From positions 64,001-128,000 of IMG/VR virus record IMGVR_UViG_3300021594_000641: 64,000 nucleotides of DNA; one strand, given 5' to 3'. Each line of letters begins with the position of its first letter. Positions within the stretch are counted from its first letter, which is position 1. Below, piece by piece: positions 58,425 to 64,000 of the stretch. The notes under the pieces were generated by a model. That model searched no databases and was not told the DNA's origin. It worked only from the letters and a program-made list of their open reading frames with translations. A program made the position numbers and the translations under genes. The stretch comes from a virus.

Positions 58425-60929
58425 TTAAGCTTCTAGCTTGTAAATCCAGCAAAGCTCTCCAGCAGACACTGCTTTAGGTAAACTATCTACTACAGCTCTT
58501 TGTACTTCAGGCCAGTTCCAGTCGTGACCTGCCAAGACTCCTCCAGGTTTAACCTTAGGCAGCCACGCGGCTATGTCTGCTTTGACATCTTCGTATTCAT
58601 GAGAAGCGTCTATAAAAATAAAGTCCACACTGTTATCTTCAAACATATTAGCCGCTTCTACAGATTTCATTCTAATAGGCTTAACTACCTCACGACCCTT
58701 GTTTACAGGAGCCATGTTAGACAAGAACAACTCGTATAGCTTGTTTTCTTTTACGTACTGATCATTTATATGCGCAGCTTCGTTAGAGCCTAACCAAGTG
58801 TCTACAGCATACACTTGTATATTTTTATTTGAGTTTACTACCTCTACGCCAAGATAAGCCGTAGACTTTCCTTTCCAACTACCTACTTCTACTATCTTAC
58901 CTCCTTCAGGACAGTCTCTTACAAAACCTGAGTACAGTCCAGGATAGCTAAACCAGTTCTCTCCAAACTGAGGCTCTCCATAGATGTGATTCATTTTAGG
59001 CTTGGTGTGATCTTGCATAATTTTAACGTAATCCTTTTTCCATTTAGGTTTAAGTACAATCTTACCTAGAGGAATCTTACCCTCTTTAACATTACTTTCA
59101 AGTTTTTTAGCTGCCAGCTGGCTTACATTCTCAGTCATTATGTCGCAGGCAGACGTGTTGTAAAACCCAGTGCTGCCGAACCTATAGACTATAAACATGT
59201 CTTCAGGCCTTACCTCCTGGTCGTAATGCCCTCCTAGCTTCTCGGCAACTTTTCGCATGAAGAGCTGGTCTACTCCTACCCAGTCTGATTCTGTAAATCC
59301 TCCTACTGAATCAAACAGTTCTCTTGTGTAGGCGTGAGTTGGATGAGCTATAGGCCACTGATTGGCCATGTCTACCTTAGGTACTTCAAAAACTCCTTCC
59401 GAGCTTTCAGTCAAAATGTTTCTAGTGTGGAAAACTCCATTCTTCATTTTCTTTACGCAATAAGAAATTCTGTGAGGTAGAAAAATATCGTCATCGTCCC
59501 AACAAAACAAAATATCTCCCTTGCAATACTTTATTGTTTCATTGAATTTTTTACCCAAAGGAACTATATGCTCTTTTACGTTTATTATTCTTACCTCAGG
59601 ATGATCAAAATATAGCTCTTGTCCCTCGTAATCGTTTAGGATCACTAACTCTTTAGGTCCTTTGTAGTCTTGCCTTAAAAACGATTCTATAGCTTCTTCA
59701 AGACAGCTGACTCTACCGTAAGCCGCGCACCAGCAACTCACCATAGGCAAGTCTGTTGTTTTAAAAGCGTCTTCTTTAGGAAAAGTAGAATCTATTAGTT
59801 TTCCATACCTGTTGTAAGGAGTCTCGCTTAGAGAGTAAAACCCGTCGCCCCAAAGTTCTAGCATCTGGTCAAAATAAGCTTCGTACTGCCACCTGACTCT
59901 GTCTATGGAAAAATTGTCTAACGCGTACTGGTGTATTTTAAATGGATCAAGCCTGTGTACATTTTTAGCCGCTTGAACGTATTCTCCTATGGTCCTACAC
60001 CTGTATCCTGTAACGCCGTGGATAACGGTTTCAGTAAAAACTCCCCAATCTGTGGTTATGACTGGTGTTCCGCACATAGCTGCTTCCGCGTGAACACCTC
60101 CAAAAGGCTCTATGTACTGAGTTGGCACAAACAGAGCTTTTGCTTTTCGCATAAGCTCATTTCTTTCTTTGACGCCTACAACTCCTACATACTCTCCGTA
60201 GTTCATTGGAGGACCTTCAGCGCCAGCTATTAAAAGCCTGGCACCGAGATGCTTGCAAACATCTGCTGGAATTTGTATTCCTTTTCTGGGAGTGAGCCTA
60301 CCTATATAAAGGTAGTAGTCGTCCTTCTCGGCGCTGAAATCAAAATCGGCTGGGTCGTATAGACTACCTATTGCGCAATCAAAATATTTACCGTCAACGT
60401 CTGACGCGTCTCCTCTTCCTCCCTGAGCTCCGTAGAGAGTGTGCATCCAAGCGTAAGAATCAAAAATTCTAAATGTGGCAAAAGTCCCGCTGTATCCAAT
60501 ACCATATTCAACAGTCAAAAGGCTTGGAAAAAAATCAGCTATCTCTTTTTGAGAAGAGCCGCCGATTATGCAAATAAAGTCTTTTTTGGACTGCCTTTTC
60601 TTTATTCCTTCTATGACTCTTTTGTTGAACAGGCTAAAGGCGGGTTTACAGCCAGGCCAAAACACGTAAGGAGTCAGAGGAACCAACTTCTCTACGCCAA
60701 GAGTTTTCTTCTGTTCCTCCTCTGTCATTACAGGAATATGCTCTGTACATTCAGCTGTGTTGTTTTCTGGTGAGTAAAGGTAAACCGTGTGTCCTAGCGA
60801 CATCATGGCTTTGCAAAAATTTATTATTCTTGCGTTAAAAGCGCAATAAACAAAATTTTTATTTGTTTGAGCGTGAGGTAAGCCAACAACGTGAAATACT
60901 TTTTTAGGACCAAACCTTTGAGGATACAC
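58425..60929 (-). CDS. Three-domain fusion: GT4 + GT2 + class I SAM methyltransferase
   Basis: GT4: YIGRLTPRKG, YIEPFGGVHAEAAMCGTPVITTD. GT2: VSCWCAAYGR, WDDDDIFLP. Methyltransferase: VEVGSWKGKS, FIFIDASH, GVLAGHD. Confidence 0.88.
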   Translation of the reverse strand: MYPQRFGPKKVFHVVGLPHAQTNKNFVYCAFNARIINFCKAMMSLGHTVYLYSPENNTAECTEHIPVMTEEEQKKTLGVEKLVPLTPYVFWPGCKPAFSLFNKRVIEGIKKRQSKKDFICIIGGSSQKEIADFFPSLLTVEYGIGYSGTFATFRIFDSYAWMHTLYGAQGGRGDASDVDGKYFDCAIGSLYDPADFDFSAEKDDYYLYIGRLTPRKGIQIPADVCKHLGARLLIAGAEGPPMNYGEYVGVVGVKERNELMRKAKALFVPTQYIEPFGGVHAEAAMCGTPVITTDWGVFTETVIHGVTGYRCRTIGEYVQAAKNVHRLDPFKIHQYALDNFSIDRVRWQYEAYFDQMLELWGDGFYSLSETPYNRYGKLIDSTFPKEDAFKTTDLPMVSCWCAAYGRVSCLEEAIESFLRQDYKGPKELVILNDYEGQELYFDHPEVRIINVKEHIVPLGKKFNETIKYCKGDILFCWDDDDIFLPHRISYCVKKMKNGVFHTRNILTESSEGVFEVPKVDMANQWPIAHPTHAYTRELFDSVGGFTESDWVGVDQLFMRKVAEKLGGHYDQEVRPEDMFIVYRFGSTGFYNTSACDIMTENVSQLAAKKLESNVKEGKIPLGKIVLKPKWKKDYVKIMQDHTKPKMNHIYGEPQFGENWFSYPGLYSGFVRDCPEGGKIVEVGSWKGKSTAYLGVEVVNSNKNIQVYAVDTWLGSNEAAHINDQYVKENKLYELFLSNMAPVNKGREVVKPIRMKSVEAANMFEDNSVDFIFIDASHEYEDVKADIAAWLPKVKPGGVLAGHDWNWPEVQRAVVDSLPKAVSAGELCWIYKLEA

Positions 60930-60932
60930 GAG

Positions 60933-61070
60933 TCACTTCCCTTCAGTCTTGTCGGTAAGAAATCCCACGATTAACGTAACGCCTACAAGCACAAAAGATA
61001 CGAGAAAGAAATACATGAAAAACTCTGAGTACAACATAAACCTCAAAAAGCTATTCAGTAAATCAATCAT
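60933..61070 (-). CDS. 45-aa membrane peptide
   Basis: MIDLLNSFLRFMLYSEFFMYFFLVSFVLVGVTLIVGFL...; fills the gap between genes. Confidence 0.45.
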   Translation of the reverse strand: MIDLLNSFLRFMLYSEFFMYFFLVSFVLVGVTLIVGFLTDKTEGK

Positions 61071-61105
61071 TTGGCTTTGTTTATAGGGTAAACGGAACAA
61101 AAAAG

Positions 61106-61210
61106 CTATTCATCGCACTTTGGCTTTTCGTAGGCAAAGTATACAGCTGCAAAACCAAAAGCGCAAAATAGCATAACCAAGATTGTAGCTATGCCTTCTA
61201 TGCTAGTCAT
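61106..61210 (-). CDS. 34-aa membrane peptide
   Basis: MTSIEGIATILVMLFCAFGFAAVYFAY...; ATGACTAG overlap with the HNH stop. Confidence 0.45.
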   Translation of the reverse strand: MTSIEGIATILVMLFCAFGFAAVYFAYEKPKCDE

Positions 61211-61967
61211 GTTCTTTGTGCCTTTCTGGTCTGGGTCTTCTGTTGCCTTCACTTATGTTTTTAAACGCCTCAAGAGGCCTAGTGTTAGTGTAGTGAAAAG
61301 CTACCTTTTGCTTTTCAGGGTCTGTTAAATCAAAATGGCTCAAAGGAACTATATGGTCTATGTTCCAGCGTCTAACGCCGTCAGGCCTATGGCTTCCATG
61401 ATTGTCCCAGGTCATCCAGGACTCAAATAGATTTTCTAAATAAAGCTTGTACTCTTGTACAGAGCAACCTAAAAGAGTTGCTGTTTTTGTTGTTTTAGAG
61501 ACGCTCTGTTTTTTAAGAGCTACACGCATCAAAGCAGAAACAACTTGCTTTATTTTTAAGTGAGGGTCTGATCTTCTTCTGTCAGCCTCTTTTTTACGTG
61601 ATTCTTTATACTTTTTTGGATTATTGTTAACCCAGTCTTTCTTACTTTGAGCATTTTTTTCTTTGTTGTTTTCAATCCATTTCCGCCTATAGGCTCGCAT
61701 TTTATCTGGATTTGCTTTTTGCCAATCAGAGTTTTGTTTTAATATTTTTTGTTTGTTTTTAATATAGTTAGCTCTACCCCTTTCTTTATTTTTAAGCCTG
61801 CATTCTTCTAAATTTTCTTGATAATAGCGTTTAGCGTTTAAACGCCAAACCTCTTTAAGTTTTTCCGCGTGTTTCTCTCTGTACTTTTTACTGTATTCTT
61901 TAAATTTTTCCTTATTAGCTTCTCTGTATTTTCTATTGTACTCTCTTTGTTTTTCTTTATCAGTCAT
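61203..61967 (-). CDS. HNH-type homing endonuclease with charged helical N-terminal repeats
   Basis: LLGCS...MTWDNHG...WNIDHIVP...FHYTNTRPL..KN; start MTDKEK overlaps the upstream stop. Confidence 0.8.
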   Translation of the reverse strand: MTDKEKQREYNRKYREANKEKFKEYSKKYREKHAEKLKEVWRLNAKRYYQENLEECRLKNKERGRANYIKNKQKILKQNSDWQKANPDKMRAYRRKWIENNKEKNAQSKKDWVNNNPKKYKESRKKEADRRRSDPHLKIKQVVSALMRVALKKQSVSKTTKTATLLGCSVQEYKLYLENLFESWMTWDNHGSHRPDGVRRWNIDHIVPLSHFDLTDPEKQKVAFHYTNTRPLEAFKNISEGNRRPRPERHKEHD

Positions 61968-62832
61968 GTACTTTGTGCCTCTTTCCAGAATCATCATCAA
62001 AATCAATGCTTGGAAATATAAGTTTAATTCCGTTCAAAACTTCTTCGCACTGATCAGCTGGTAACTTTCTTTTAAAATAATCACAACATTGTTTAATGCT
62101 CCAGCCCATCTCGTAAGAAGCTACGAGGTAATTATGAAACTTATCATTAAGGGTTAAAGCATAGGTGATTGGTTTTGACCTGTAAAACCTATGAACCCAG
62201 CCTAGGTCTAAATGAACGTAACACTTACCTCCATTATTCCTCACTTTTTGATGTAAGTAAAGCTCTTCTGCGCTAAAACCTTTAAAGTGCTTGCTAAAGT
62301 ATGGATAGTGTTCACGCTTCATAAGCGTGTAAGCAGAGCCATGTCCTTCAATCTCTTTGATCTTTATCTTTGGCAGTTCTGGGTCTGTGTGCCATACGCC
62401 AAAGAAGTCTCCGCGCCATTCTGGTAGCAGCTCAGACGCGATCATGTGACCACGCTCGTTCAGCAACGGACCTGTCCAAAGGTCTTTGCCTATTAGGTCG
62501 CTGTCGATAGCGTCGATGATGTATTGCACAGAACATGGAGCTAGCAGAACATGACTGTCTACTAGAAGAACATAGTCGCCTTTGGCGTGTTCCCACACAG
62601 AATCTTTGGCGTGTGCTGGACCTTTGTTCTTGGAGTGGTGAACGTACCTGGCTCCAGAGTTGTTGCACACGTTTTCTAGGTCTTGCTGCTTCTCAGGCAT
62701 GTCGTCTATGACAAGAAGCTCTACGTCTGTTCTTTCTGCTTTGACGTGGTACTGGCGTATGGAAGTGAGGGTCCAGAACGCGCCTTCTGGGTCATCCCAG
62801 TTAGCCATGCCGATAGTGAGCTTGGGGGACAT
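61960..62832 (-). CDS. GT2 family glycosyltransferase
   Basis: LTIGMA, LLVIDD, KGPAHAKD, VLLVDSHVLL, FKGFSAEE. Confidence 0.82.
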   Translation of the reverse strand: MSPKLTIGMANWDDPEGAFWTLTSIRQYHVKAERTDVELLVIDDMPEKQQDLENVCNNSGARYVHHSKNKGPAHAKDSVWEHAKGDYVLLVDSHVLLAPCSVQYIIDAIDSDLIGKDLWTGPLLNERGHMIASELLPEWRGDFFGVWHTDPELPKIKIKEIEGHGSAYTLMKREHYPYFSKHFKGFSAEELYLHQKVRNNGGKCYVHLDLGWVHRFYRSKPITYALTLNDKFHNYLVASYEMGWSIKQCCDYFKRKLPADQCEEVLNGIKLIFPSIDFDDDSGKRHKVHD

Positions 62833-62842
62833 GACAGCCTTT

Positions 62843-63796
62843 CTATGTCAGACCGTACCGACCTTTGAGACGATTATACAGATTGGATATGCCTGTGGAA
62901 GAGAGGGCTTTGTCGTAAACCCTTACCATATAGAATGTGGCGTTTAAAGGCTCTGCTCCGCTACCGACGTCAGCGGCCAGTCTCCAGTTCTGACCAGTTG
63001 ATATGGTAGCAGTGTTGGTAGAACTAGCATTCAATGTTCCGTTTTTATAGAGCTTTGTGTTGTTTGAAGCGTCTCTAGTAGCCGCAATTATAAACGTTGA
63101 AGCAGTTAAGTTAGTAGACCAGTTAGGCGTGTACGAGTTTAAATACAGCCCTCCAATATTGTTTAGTTGAAGAGTATTGCTAGTATAGCCGACACCGTAG
63201 TTGCCTATGATGTTGCCACCAGTGGTATTATTTAAAGTTATAGCTACAACTATAGTAAACTGCCCAGTCACTAAAGAATTATTTGCAATTTCAGCGTAGC
63301 TGCTGCTACTACCACTAAAGCTTATTCCTCCGTAGTTAGTGGTAACAAAAGTTCCGTTGTAAATAGTAGCGTTATTACCGCTTTCACTCAGATCAAACCA
63401 GGTTGAGCCTGTGCCTGGGTAGCTCTTGTAGTTCAAAGCGTCTAGGTGCAGCTTCAAGCCGTACTCGTTCTCTATGTCTGTGTTAGCCAACGTAACAGCC
63501 GCGACGTAGCTTCCATCTAGGGCTGACTGAACTCCATTGGCCGCGAGAATAATCTCAACGCTGTCGTTTGCTTCTATCGTTACGCCTGAGATGTCCAAAA
63601 CAATAGTTTGATCAGAAGCGTCTGAATCTGCTGTGTTGAGCGTTATGCCAGCTGTTATCGGCCCAGCTGTTGTAGTGGTCGTCGTAGTTGTTGTGGTTGT
63701 TGTCGTTGTGGTCGTTGTTGTAGTAGTCGTACTGGTAGAGCTTGACGAGCTAGATGTTGTGCTAGTGTCTGGAGGCGGCGATGTCATGATAGCCAT
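62843..63796 (-). CDS. Ser/Thr-tract protein with a C-terminal LamG/concanavalin-like domain
   Basis: N-terminal S/T run including more than 20 consecutive Thr; LHLDALNYKSYPGTGSTWFDLS...MVRVYDKALS. Confidence 0.8.
   Translation of the reverse strand: MAIMTSPPPDTSTTSSSSSSTSTTTTTTTTTTTTTTTTTTTTTAGPITAGITLNTADSDASDQTIVLDISGVTIEANDSVEIILAANGVQSALDGSYVAAVTLANTDIENEYGLKLHLDALNYKSYPGTGSTWFDLSESGNNATIYNGTFVTTNYGGISFSGSSSSYAEIANNSLVTGQFTIVVAITLNNTTGGNIIGNYGVGYTSNTLQLNNIGGLYLNSYTPNWSTNLTASTFIIAATRDASNNTKLYKNGTLNASSTNTATISTGQNWRLAADVGSGAEPLNATFYMVRVYDKALSSTGISNLYNRLKGRYGLT
63660..63760 (-). repeat. Poly-Thr/Ser coding microsatellite (ACN codons)
   Basis: Plus strand gtt/gtc/gtg/gta runs. Confidence 0.85.
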
Positions 63797-63807
63797 TTGT
63801 CGGCTCC

Positions 63808-64000
63808 TTAGAACTTTATAGATTTCTTTATTCTAGCCGTAATCTCATTAGCGTCTATCAAAGTGCCTTGGTTGGCTCCAGGGCACTTTTTTGTGATATT
63901 GTTCCAGTTTTCTTGTGAGTTTTCAATAAGTCGCATAAAAGGATAGGAGCGACATTGGTTTGGTTGAGCATCATATACTGAACAGGTTGTTCCGTTGGCT
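63808..64000 (-). CDS. Partial YkgJ-like (zinc/Fe-S cysteine cluster) protein, C-terminus only
   Basis: TCSVYDAQPNQCRSYPF...W...KCPGANQG. Confidence 0.65.
   Translation of the reverse strand, partial: ANGTTCSVYDAQPNQCRSYPFMRLIENSQENWNNITKKCPGANQGTLIDANEITARIKKSIKF

Noticed and set aside
63633-63821. Poly-Val plus-strand ORF resembling a membrane protein
   Set aside because: It is the reverse complement of the poly-Thr tract
1-64000. Stop-codon reassignment (TAG as sense), prompted by the amber repeat after the RNAP gene
   Set aside because: Long conserved genes are intact under code 11, and TAG ends genes cleanly, e.g. the HNH gene with a coupled downstream start

Overview
A 64-kb segment of a large contractile-tailed dsDNA phage (myovirus or jumbo-phage type). 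Almost every real gene is on the minus strand, and standard code 11 gives dense, intact ORFs. Layout: (1) 1-7.2 kb, tail and neck genes: partial baseplate-type protein, tube, 920-aa sheath, completion and neck proteins. (2) 7.3-8.5 kb, a two-gene accessory insert. (3) 8.6-14.3 kb, head genes: HK97-type major capsid protein, decoration protein, scaffold and prohead protease. (4) 14.3-42.1 kb, a block of probable internal head proteins rich in a recurrent K-x-A motif and glycine-zipper hairpins. This block also holds an SNF2-type helicase and a multisubunit RNA polymerase of unusual architecture: beta is fused to the N-terminal catalytic half of beta-prime, and the C-terminal half of beta-prime is a separate gene about 3.9 kb away. 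(5) 42.2-45.6 kb, the only confident plus-strand gene, a class II ribonucleotide reductase with an ATP cone and an intein. (6) 45.6-49 kb, small accessory genes in repeated terminator/promoter cassettes. (7) 49-56 kb, PhoH, C39 and papain-like peptidases, a 2H-phosphoesterase-like protein and small proteins. (8) 56-64 kb, a glycosyltransferase/methyltransferase cluster with an HNH endonuclease and a poly-Thr LamG protein. I saw no tRNA, rRNA or CRISPR array, and no recognisable terminase, portal or tape measure gene. The best candidate for a new system is a packaged transcription and membrane-delivery module: K-x-A-processed head cargo, a shared N-terminal leader, glycine-zipper proteins, the rearranged RNAP lacking both beta-prime zinc sites, and a poxvirus D6/D11-like helicase. 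All family assignments come from motifs read by eye; no database search was run.
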